64,000 nt of DNA. It comes from Candidatus Parcubacteria bacterium. GTDB taxonomy: Bacteria > Patescibacteriota > Minisyncoccia > Phycocordibacterales > PALSA-1337. Below, piece after piece: positions 1 to 7,623 of this stretch. The number at the start of each line of letters is the position of its first letter. The stretch's first letter is position 1. Location of the stretch: positions 220 through 64,219 of the forward strand of contig CAVYBN010000012.1 of the NCBI GenBank assembly GCA_963766795.1. Reading direction: 5' to 3'. Under the pieces are notes generated by a model. That model did not search any database, was not told the origin of the DNA, and saw only the letters and a program-made list of their open reading frames with translations. The position numbers and the translations under genes are program-made.

Positions 1-641
1 ATGACTACGATGGCGGTTGTGGTTTTCTTGGTCATGGGTGTGGACTGTTTCCGGGATGCATTAAAGAGTAAAGTTCTAACGGAGTATCGTCGACCTTTGG
101 CTTGACGGCCAGGTCCCACTTTAAAGGTGCCGCCGAGAGCCTTTGTTGTCGCACTGGCTGCGCTTATGAGCTGATTTTCAATATTTTCATCTGTTATGTT
201 AGCCAGCTCAGTATTGACATCGAAGTTGATCTGATCAATCGCCACTTGAGCTTGATGAGCTTCCGTTGCCGCATCTGACGCTTGTAGGCCGGAGGCGAGC
301 AATGAACCTACCACGAACCCACCCCCGCCGCTGCCAACGAGGGCTCCCGCGCCCGTGCCGACAACGAGCGCGGCCGCTGTCGCGCTTTGAATGAGGGCTC
401 GGTCTCCGGGAGCTTCGGTCATGTTGCTTACGACGGCATTGTTTATCTTCGCCATTGCCTCCGCGTAGATCGCCTGATTTTCAACTTGTTTCGCCAAAGT
501 CGGCTGCCCGGAGGCATACAGTTTTTGCGCGGCCGTTTCTGCCGTCTGGGTCATGTTTTTCAGGCATGCGTCCATGGTTTGAGACCCTGATTTTGTCGAG
601 CTTGTATTGCTCCCTGTTCCATTGATGGCGCCTATCCCCAT
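1..641 (-). CDS. hypothetical Gly/Ala-rich membrane-associated protein, partial (3' end runs off the window); last visible gene of the T4SS-like cluster
   Basis: Hand translation of the minus strand. ATG at 641-639 (MGIGAINGTGSNTSS...) lies 3 nt after the TAA of the 645..1688 gene and stays open through position 1. It contains a GAGALVGSGGGGFVVGSLL hydrophobic stretch. It is absent from the ORF track because no stop lies in the window. Confidence 0.45.
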   Translation of the reverse strand, partial: MGIGAINGTGSNTSSTKSGSQTMDACLKNMTQTAETAAQKLYASGQPTLAKQVENQAIYAEAMAKINNAVVSNMTEAPGDRALIQSATAAALVVGTGAGALVGSGGGGFVVGSLLASGLQASDAATEAHQAQVAIDQINFDVNTELANITDENIENQLISAASATTKALGGTFKVGPGRQAKGRRYSVRTLLFNASRKQSTPMTKKTTTAIVV

Positions 642-644
642 ACA

Positions 645-1688
645 TTATTCGACTTGGGCATAAGCCATGCCTTGCGCGGTCTCCGCGGTGATATTCGCTT
701 GCGTCTGATTTATTTCCTGATCCTTTTGCGCTATCTGCGAACACGAACTATTCAATACTTCATCCAGATTGGAATTACCGGTGGCGGCGACGGGCACATT
801 ATCATTGCATAGAGAAGTTATCTCGTCTGGCGTAATGTCGTTGGGGTCCTCGTTTGCGTAACCGCTTTGGACCATGGCGTTAGCTATCTGGTTCTGGAGG
901 TTCGTTATATTTGTTTGGTCGTTACTGATGGTATTTAGCTCGGCGTTCGTATCGTTCCTTATCTGATTGGCTTGATTCATCAATGCATTCGTCTGCTGGG
1001 AGATCTGATCAAGAGATTGCACTTGAGTGGTCAGATCAGTCATAAATGCACTCGTCGTGTTCTTATAATTTATATTCAGCGGCGGCACCAAGGTCGAGGG
1101 GATAGCCACCAGCCGCGGGTCTATGATCTGCAGGAGGAAGTATGAGCACAAGACGATGACGAGCCCGAAGATGGCGTTCTTCAATCTCTTTATACTATCG
1201 CCCTTGCCAGTCCAAGATTCAGTGGTCATGTATTGTAAGCCAGCTAGGGCGATCGCGAAGACCGCGGCGGCCGCGGCCAGGGCGATGACCAGGTTGAAGA
1301 AGTATTGGACATAATTCTGGAAATCCACACTGCTCATAAAGCTTCCTTGGGTGTATGTCTTCCCACCGCTTGTGCACGAAGTCTCTCCTTTGCTGGGAAT
1401 GCAAGGCAAGGGTTCGAGTAAAGTATAAGAAGGCGTGGGATTATTGTTGGCCGGGTTGCCCGTCACCGTTCCGGAGCTCGGATTCGCGGTGGAACCCCCG
1501 GAAATCTGGGCAGCTCCTTGACCGTTGTCCGCTGACACGGCATCAGCGCTACCGCAATCGACTACTTGGTTGTTATTGTCGTAGCAGGTTGTTGCCGCCG
1601 TTATCAAGGCCGGCTTATAAGAAATGATCAATGCGCATAAAAATAGCGGTATGGCTACGATCGCGTATTTTTTGAGTAATGTTCTCAT
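645..1688 (-). CDS. T4SS pilin-like (TrbC/VirB2-type) domain protein with signal peptide, Cys-containing N-region and long N/Q-rich C-terminal tail
   Basis: 347-aa ORF with N-terminal signal/TM MRTLLKKYAIVAIPLFLCALII. The central segment FFNLVIALAAAAAVFAIALAGLQYMTTESWTGKGDSIKRLKNAIFGLVIVLCSYFLLQII matches, from memory, the two-helix T4SS pilin pattern common in CPR genomes. Its start overlaps the upstream stop (TAATG). Confidence 0.6.
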   Translation of the reverse strand: MRTLLKKYAIVAIPLFLCALIISYKPALITAATTCYDNNNQVVDCGSADAVSADNGQGAAQISGGSTANPSSGTVTGNPANNNPTPSYTLLEPLPCIPSKGETSCTSGGKTYTQGSFMSSVDFQNYVQYFFNLVIALAAAAAVFAIALAGLQYMTTESWTGKGDSIKRLKNAIFGLVIVLCSYFLLQIIDPRLVAIPSTLVPPLNINYKNTTSAFMTDLTTQVQSLDQISQQTNALMNQANQIRNDTNAELNTISNDQTNITNLQNQIANAMVQSGYANEDPNDITPDEITSLCNDNVPVAATGNSNLDEVLNSSCSQIAQKDQEINQTQANITAETAQGMAYAQVE

Positions 1689-2765
1689 TAGAATGCGACA
1701 GTCGAAGCTTGGCCGGCAGTAGCGTCGGCGCTGAAGAGCACGGAAAGGGCGGCATTGCCTTGTTGCAATATCTTCTGACTATTCGTAACATCAGTTTCAA
1801 TGTCCGAAGAGCCGGAACTGCCCTCCGGCGCGCGCAGAGTGACGATGTCGTTGCCAGCTAATTCGGGGTGTTCAGTGCCATTCACGAGCCAAGACCATGT
1901 TAGTCCGCCAATGCCGGAAGACGGCAAATTGAAGCCATAAGGAACCGCCAGAACGCCGAGCTCGCGTTGCGCGCCGACATACACCGTGCTTCCCAATGCG
2001 TGATTATACAGAGGCCCATACAAAGGATCGTTGTCATAGAAGGCCATATTGCCGAGCGCGCCAGGAGTCACCGAGGTGATCCCCATTCCCTGCGCCGAGC
2101 CGTCGCGGGCCGAAACGGTCACGGTGATATTGTAAGGCCGCGGCACGATGTTCCCCGGAATGACGATGGACTGTTTGCCGTAGCCCGACTGGTCTTGAAG
2201 CACGGAATCATTCTCTTGCCATTGATAGACGAGAGTTTGCGGGTCATATTCGACGCCGGCCGAGTTGGCGAGATGCGGCACGGCGACGATCTTCACGGAA
2301 TTTTGATAGGCCACGGGGACTTTGCCAGTGAAGAATGGCGGAACATAGCCGTCAGGTTCGAGGATCATGTCTATAGATCCGGAACCGATGGTGATCGAGT
2401 TGTTCATGCTCTGGCCGTCAGGCGTCGTGGCCGTCACATTCACGATCAATCGCTTGCCGAGATCAGGCGCTTGCACGGTCACGGAAGTCGCGCCGATGCC
2501 TTTCGCCAAAGTCTTGCCGCCAGCCGTCCAGGTTATGTTGGCCGAATCGATGTTGATGCTGTAACTTTGCGCGGTGATCGTGACCGTTTGTCCCGGATAC
2601 GGATTATTGTTCGAAGCCGTGAGCTCGAGGCCGCCGATGGCGCCGGAGAGTGATTGGGCAAGGACAGGAGAAGCTAGAAGCTGGAAGCTAGAAGCTAGGA
2701 GGAATACAAAAAGGCAAAAGATTGAAAATTGAAAATTGAAAATTGAAAGATTACGAGAGCTTCAT
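1688..2765 (-). CDS. secreted Ig-like/beta-repeat protein; 5' end frameshifted or lacking a canonical start as assembled
   Basis: The track ORF 1688..2509 begins at an internal TTG. The same frame stays open upstream to 2764 and encodes a signal-peptide-like FCLFVFLLASSFQLLASPVLAQS, but contains no ATG/GTG/TTG. An ATG at 2765-2763 (MKLS) is one base out of frame and stops after 4 codons. A 1-nt indel near 2751-2756 would join them. Confidence 0.55.
2670..2748 (-). repeat. two tandem heptanucleotide arrays (4x GAAGCTR at 2670-2697 and 4x ATTGAAA at 2721-2748, plus-strand reading) inside the putative signal-peptide coding region
   Basis: Counted directly from the sequence. The ATTGAAA array has four perfect units. 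The GAAGCTR array has four units, one of them a variant. Confidence 0.85.
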
Positions 2766-2821
2766 TAGCGCTTATTTTAACAAGAATGGGCGAAAGTTGC
2801 GATATTCGACTGTGTACGGCG

Positions 2822-3316
2822 TCAATTCGCGTTCAAACCGCCTCCCGGCGCGCGCACGCCGTCAACTATAGCTGGTCCAGAGCTGGTATTATAGGAGCCG
2901 TCTTCTATCATGGGCTCGCGTCGGCCGCTCTCATTGAAAGGCGTCTGCGCTTGATTGATCGCGTAGGCGGTATCGGCGGTATTTTGAGCCGCTGGATTTC
3001 CTGTAGCTCTTTTTTCCAAATACACCGTCAGCCAAACCACGGCTACTTCAAGAGTCCAAAGCGGCAAGCCGTCGTCTCCTCCCAGCCCGATCTCTTCCAA
3101 GATGAATCCGCCGCCGTACGCCAATCCGCGGCTGGCGTTCATTTTGACTCCTCTCCACCAGAAATACGCAGGCAGACCGAATCCGACGGCGGCGTCTATG
3201 AATCGATTGATGATTATCCCGACGGCGACTAGGTCAAGAGCGAACTGAACACCGTCGAGCGCAAGAGTTCCAAAGATGAGGATGAACCATTCTCCCGTGC
3301 CGATCTTTGATGACAT
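2822..3316 (-). CDS. hypothetical integral membrane protein (T4SS-like cluster)
   Basis: 164-aa ORF with hydrophobic segments (WFILIFGTLALDGVQFALDLVAVGIIINRFI, LEVAVVWLTVYL). Same strand as the cluster. Confidence 0.5.
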   Translation of the reverse strand: MSSKIGTGEWFILIFGTLALDGVQFALDLVAVGIIINRFIDAAVGFGLPAYFWWRGVKMNASRGLAYGGGFILEEIGLGGDDGLPLWTLEVAVVWLTVYLEKRATGNPAAQNTADTAYAINQAQTPFNESGRREPMIEDGSYNTSSGPAIVDGVRAPGGGLNAN

Positions 3317-3340
3317 GATGAGGAATTATAGCAGGAATTT

Positions 3341-3461
3341 AAGGCAGGAACAGAACATGGGGTGAGGCGGCATTGCGGAGGCGCGAAGGCGCCGAGCACG
3401 AGAAACGCGCCCAGCAGGGCGCGATTTCGGTCGACGAATCCCCATGTTCTGTTCCTGCCCT
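3341..3461. repeat. about 120-bp structured palindromic element: 20-bp perfect closing inverted repeat enclosing two GC-rich hairpins
   Basis: GGCAGGAACAGAACATGGGG (3343-3362) is the exact reverse complement of 3440-3459. Inside are the GGCGC-GAAG-GCGCC and CGCGCCC-AGCA-GGGCGCG hairpins. It lies between the virB4 stop (3479) and the next gene start (3316). Confidence 0.7.
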
Positions 3462-3478
3462 ATCTCATCATTCAATCA

Positions 3479-5293
3479 TCATTTGCCTGCCGCCTCCAAA
3501 TCCTTCTTGGCTTGCGCGATCTGCATGAGCTGGGCCGGATTGGTGGTGATGATCTGGTCCTCGGTATATGAAGCGCGGATCTGGATGGCCACGTGCTTCA
3601 GGCCCACGAAGAAGATGCCTTCGCCGACATCGGATTCGAGGAGCAGGTACTTCTCTTCGTCGGTCAGGTTGAAAGTCTGCTGGATGTGATCTATGACCGT
3701 CGGCGACTGCTTGAGGAGGATCTGCATCGAGGAGTTGGTCAGGATCGGCATGCCATATGGCGATTTCAGGAAATCGTCCACATCCTGCGTGATGGTGGCC
3801 AAGCCGAGGAAGTATTTGCGGCAGCGCTTGGCGATGCCGAACAGGAATGAAGCCGTGTCCTCGCTCTTCATCATCCACCAGGCCTCGTCCACGACCATCA
3901 GGCGCTTTTTCTTGGTCTTCCTTATGGTATTCCAGATGTAGTGCGTGACGATGTACATGGCCACCGGCTTGAGCTCGTCTTCCATGTCGCGGAGCGAGAA
4001 GACCACGAATTTGTTGTTGATGTCCACGTTGGAGGGGCGGTTGATGAAGCCGGCCCAAGTGCCTTTGGTGTATTTGCTCAAGCGCTGGACCAGCGAATCG
4101 GCGCCTTCCATTCCCGCCAGCACCAGCTCGAAATCGGACAAGAGCGGCGGCTCGACCTTGCGGAAATCTGACTCTGGCGTGATGTCCTTCAAGGCGTAAG
4201 TCTCGCTGATGGCGCGGTCGATGATGGCGTCTTCTTCCTGGGAGAGGCCGCCCAACATGATGCGGAATAGTCCGACCAGGTTGATGATGTTCGAGCGCAA
4301 GACGTCGGAGCCGGACTCGTCTTCGGTCGGGACCGGCAGGTCGAAGGGATTGATGTGGTGCTCGGAGTTGAGCGAGATATTGAAATATTTTCCGCCGGTG
4401 GCTTCGGACATGTACTCGTATTCCTTTTCCGGATCGATGACGATGACGTCCGTGTCGAACATCAGCGTGCGCAGGATCTCCAGCTTGGTGCAATAGGATT
4501 TGCCGGCGCCGGCCACCGCGAATGTGACCGAATTGTAATTCTCCAGTGAATAGCGGTCGAACAATACCAGCGAGGAATTGTGGCGGTTGATGCCGTAGAG
4601 GATGCCCTTGTCGGAAGTCAGGTCGAATGATACGAACGGGAAGGCGCTCGAGAGCGGCGATGAATTGAGCTTGGAATTGACTGCCAATTCGTCGTCGGCG
4701 ATAGGGATGGTGCTCTTGAAGCCCTGCTCCTGCTGGAACAGGGCCGGCTTGACATAGACCAGTTTGGACTCAAGGATGGATTTGACTTCGGATTCGAGCT
4801 TGTCGAGCTCGTTGTCGGAATCGGCGAATATGGTGATGTAGACGCCGACGTCGAAGAGGTGCTCCTGCGCCTGCATCAGCTGGTCGCGGAGCTGTTCCAG
4901 GTCCTGATAGGCGGTGTCGAGGCCCGGATCGCGGACCAAGCCCTTCTCTTCCCTGTGGGCGATCTGGCTCTGAACCTCGGCGACCTTCTTCTGGAAATGT
5001 CGCAGGATCTTGGCGGTCTCGACGGGATGGATGAAGATCGAGACGTTGAAGACCTTGTCGAGGTTGATGATCGGCGCGAACCAGCTCTCGTCCAAGAATC
5101 GCGGATATGAGATGACGAAGAGAGTGCGGCCGATCTTCTCGCCGAGGTTGATCTCCTTGGGGCTGACTTTGAGAGCCGACGGCGCGATGACGTCCTTCAA
5201 TTCCAGGACGCCGGCCTGATAGATCTCCTCGGGCAGGATGGAGACGATGGGGCTAGCTTCTTTCTTTCCAAATAATTTTGAGAAGATGGACAT
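3479..5293 (-). CDS. virB4: VirB4/TraE-type type IV secretion ATPase
   Basis: Walker A VAGAGKSY, Walker B-like RLMVVDEAWWMM, and an N-terminal DVIAPSA...GRTLFVISYPRFL pattern typical of Gram-positive VirB4-like ATPases. I prefer the ATG at 5293 (MSIFSK) to the track TTG at 5314. Confidence 0.85.
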   Translation of the reverse strand: MSIFSKLFGKKEASPIVSILPEEIYQAGVLELKDVIAPSALKVSPKEINLGEKIGRTLFVISYPRFLDESWFAPIINLDKVFNVSIFIHPVETAKILRHFQKKVAEVQSQIAHREEKGLVRDPGLDTAYQDLEQLRDQLMQAQEHLFDVGVYITIFADSDNELDKLESEVKSILESKLVYVKPALFQQEQGFKSTIPIADDELAVNSKLNSSPLSSAFPFVSFDLTSDKGILYGINRHNSSLVLFDRYSLENYNSVTFAVAGAGKSYCTKLEILRTLMFDTDVIVIDPEKEYEYMSEATGGKYFNISLNSEHHINPFDLPVPTEDESGSDVLRSNIINLVGLFRIMLGGLSQEEDAIIDRAISETYALKDITPESDFRKVEPPLLSDFELVLAGMEGADSLVQRLSKYTKGTWAGFINRPSNVDINNKFVVFSLRDMEDELKPVAMYIVTHYIWNTIRKTKKKRLMVVDEAWWMMKSEDTASFLFGIAKRCRKYFLGLATITQDVDDFLKSPYGMPILTNSSMQILLKQSPTVIDHIQQTFNLTDEEKYLLLESDVGEGIFFVGLKHVAIQIRASYTEDQIITTNPAQLMQIAQAKKDLEAAGK

Positions 5294-5325
5294 GATAATG
5301 AATTCAAAAGGCAAAATTATCTATC

Positions 5326-5413
5326 TTGTCACCCCCGCGGAAGCGGGGGTCCAGTGTATTACCACTGGCATTGTCGGTGAAACCCTGGATTCCCGCTTTC
5401 GCGGGAATGACAA
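5326..5413 (+). repeat. 88-bp two-hairpin MITE-like element, copy 1 (TTGTCA...TGACAA termini)
   Basis: TTGTCA-CCCCCGC-GGAA-GCGGGGG-TCCAGTGT...CCCTGG-ATTCCCGC-TTTC-GCGGGAAT-GACAA. The two ends are imperfect inverted repeats of each other. It lies in the leader of virB4. Confidence 0.85.
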
Positions 5414-5428
5414 TATTTTGGAATTTGT

Positions 5429-6073
5429 TCATGTTATTTGAATCGGTTTCTCAGTTTCCCCCGGATTAAACAGCTTATAAAACAATTCTACCACCTCCTC
5501 CGTGCCCAGCTCGGCGGTCCTGATGCCGCAGCGCACGAGTCCCTGTTCGACCACGGCCACGCGCTGTTCCAATTGGCTCCGATGCTCCTGGAAGAGCTCG
5601 TCGGGAGTAGCCTTGGCACCGTCAGTCCCCTTCTTCCCGCCGGGCAGAGCAGCGGCCAGGCGGCTCTTCGAGCCGGCAGCGATCGCCGGATCATAGGGTA
5701 TGATCACGAAGAAGCTCTTGGACATGATGTTGGTGGATTCCACGAAAGTCTTGATGAAGTCTATGTATTCACGGACTTGGATCTTCATGAGCTCGATCGT
5801 CTGTTCCTTGTAGCGGTCTTCCAGAAGGGCGATGTAAGGCCGGATGTCGAGCTTCTTGGACTGCATGAATATCTGGATGGAGAAATCTAGCGAGTTCAGG
5901 AAGTTCTGGAATTGCATCAGGATGGCACCCTGCTCGTCTGCCGACTTAAGCGCGAAGTTGAGCGAAGTCGCCAAGACGATGGAGCGCATGCCGCCGCTCT
6001 TCAGTATGACCACGCCGTCGCGGATCTCCTGGATGGGAACGAAGTTCTGGGTTGTTTGCTGTTTAGTAGCCAT
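5429..6073 (-). CDS. hypothetical protein of the T4SS-like cluster; N-terminal region resembles the pre-ATPase domain of Firmicutes VirB4-like proteins, no NTP-binding motif
   Basis: ATG at 6073 (MATKQQTTQNFVPIQEIRDGVVILKSGG...SLNFALKS..EQ). The 40 extra residues in the track ORF (SFPRKRESRV...WIPVFTGMT) are read-through of MITE copy 2. The functional call rests on by-eye pattern only. Confidence 0.55.
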   Translation of the reverse strand: MATKQQTTQNFVPIQEIRDGVVILKSGGMRSIVLATSLNFALKSADEQGAILMQFQNFLNSLDFSIQIFMQSKKLDIRPYIALLEDRYKEQTIELMKIQVREYIDFIKTFVESTNIMSKSFFVIIPYDPAIAAGSKSRLAAALPGGKKGTDGAKATPDELFQEHRSQLEQRVAVVEQGLVRCGIRTAELGTEEVVELFYKLFNPGETEKPIQIT

Positions 6074-6102
6074 TGGATGTAATTCAAAAGGCAAAATTAT
6101 CC

Positions 6103-6190
6103 TTGTCATCCCCGTGAAAACGGGGATCCAGTGTATTACCACTGGCGTTGTCGGTGAAACCCTGGATTCCCGCTTTCGCGGGAATGACAA
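6103..6190 (+). repeat. 88-bp two-hairpin MITE-like element, copy 2
   Basis: Same architecture and length as copy 1. The left hairpin is ATCCCCG-TGAAAA-CGGGGAT, with compensatory changes relative to copy 1. The flanking 20 bp AATTCAAAAGGCAAAATTAT (6081-6100) is also shared with 5301-5320. Confidence 0.85.
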
Positions 6191-6247
6191 CATTTTGACT
6201 TTTAACTTTCAATTTTGACTTTTGCATTTTGACTTTTAACTTTTGAC

Positions 6248-6688
6248 TTATTTTTGGTCCTTATTCGAATAGATACTTTCTTTGATATCGAGGCTCCAGC
6301 TCAAATCTTTCAGCTTGCTGTTCGATATCTTCGGAACCATGATGCCGGCATATCCCTTGGCGTCTTTGACGGCGGCTTCGATCGTGGTAGGACGCGGCTT
6401 CTCCTCTTTCTTCCAGATGAAGAGCTTGCCGCCGGTGTAATATTTGAAGGCGGATTCGAGGATGTCGATGAGCGGCCGGCCGAGAGTTCGTGACGGGTAG
6501 AAAGCTAGAGTGGCGGAAATGGCCATGACAATGATGATGGGCAGGAACGCGAGGGTCAGGCTTTTCAGGAGGACATATAAAAGGAATGACAATCCGGCGC
6601 CGCCGGCCATGTAGATGAATTGCTTCAGGGTCATGGGCCCGAATATCTTGTCCTCGACCTCGATGAACTGGGGGACTTGGAAGCGCAT
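6248..6688 (-). CDS. PrgI/VirB3-like small T4SS membrane protein
   Basis: MRFQVPQFIEVEDKIFGPMTLKQFIYMAGG is followed by two TM helices, which from memory is the PrgI-family signature. It lies upstream of the VirB4-type genes, as in Gram-positive T4SS loci. Confidence 0.65.
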   Translation of the reverse strand: MRFQVPQFIEVEDKIFGPMTLKQFIYMAGGAGLSFLLYVLLKSLTLAFLPIIIVMAISATLAFYPSRTLGRPLIDILESAFKYYTGGKLFIWKKEEKPRPTTIEAAVKDAKGYAGIMVPKISNSKLKDLSWSLDIKESIYSNKDQK

Positions 6689-6704
6689 TGAGATAAGTAT
6701 ATCA

Positions 6705-7623
6705 CTACTGTATTACTTCCCTATACGGATCTCCGGTCGGCAGATTTACCGGCGGCTTTGGCGTTGCGGGTTTTGTCGGCGCTGATTTGGACGTAGTCGG
6801 GATATCCAACGGCGCTTTGACCGTTATCTTCTCGAGCGGAATGGCGGCCGGACCGTTCAAGAGCTGGTCCACCAAAGGCTCGTAATGCTCCGCGTCCGCT
6901 TTGGCCGCGGCTTCCTGCCTATGCGAGGACGGATCCTCGATGCCGTGCAATATGCTCGGCGTGGTCGGCTTCGGTCGCCTCGTCTTCGAGCAGGTTGATC
7001 TTCTTTTTCGGCGCGGCTTCCGGCGCGACCGTCCCCCACTTGCCTATGCCGCTCATGTTTCTAGCCATTGCCGCTCCAGCCGTCTGCGCGTGCGGCTGTT
7101 CCGGCTCGATCTCGAAATTTCCCGCGCGCTCCAAGGACGCATTCACCGACTGTTTGACAGGCGCATCCGCCGGCATATCTCTCAATACTCCGCCAGTCCC
7201 GCCGCCAGCCTTGCCACCACCCGCCCCGCCAAACTTTTGACCGTTCCCAAAATTCCGATTGCTGGCACCGATCTGCGATGGCGGCGCTTCCTCATCGGAT
7301 TTTTCCTCGAGGGCGCGCATGGAAGAGCGGATCTTGTCGAATACTTCCTTGTTGATGTCTTCCGCCACAGCTTTGGCAGTAGCTTCATCCACGCCTGCTT
7401 CCTTAGAGAAATTCTTCACAAATTCTTTTGAAGGCATCAATCCAAGCATGACATAGGCAGTCAAGTCGAACAAGACTCCTTCTTGATCGACTTTCAGTCC
7501 GTGCTTTGCGCTGATAGCCTTGATGATATCAGCTGTTTCAACTGAAGTGAGAGCTTCCTGCATCTCTTCAGGTAGTTGCTTTATTTTCTCCTCTAGGATG
7601 TTGTAGTCGTAATCGATGGTCAT
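6705..7623 (-). CDS. hypothetical protein (helical N-domain, low-complexity middle, C-terminal DPYRE motif); frameshifted as assembled
   Basis: ORFs 6919..7623 and 6705..6950 overlap in different frames. Removing one base near 6925-6945 joins ...EADHAEHI to HGIEDPSSHRQE...GDPYREVIQ. Confidence 0.5.

Noticed and set aside
2721-2748. The short tandem arrays (GAAAATT, GAAGCTR, AAAGTCAAAA, CAGGGT) could be CRISPR arrays.
   Set aside because: Units are 6-13 nt with no unique spacers of 25-40 nt and no cas genes. They are simple tandem or stutter repeats.
3468-4493. 341-aa ORF antisense to virB4. Similar long shadow ORFs occur elsewhere (1967..2653, 8380..9441, 21857..22423, 22219..22668, 23511..24305, 35672..36454, 48418..49008, 62545..63204).
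   Set aside because: They lie opposite genes with clear conserved motifs. They have Arg/Gly/His-rich, low-information compositions typical of antisense frames in GC-richer coding DNA, and they carry no motifs.
6074-6193. N-terminal extensions of track ORFs that translate repeats or overlap neighbours (5429..6193, 3479..5314, 11392..12489, 35474..37006, 46470..46913, 38596..39663).
   Set aside because: The extensions read through the MITE (SFPRKRESRV, WIPVFTGMT) or overlap the adjacent gene. Internal ATGs give N-termini typical of the family.
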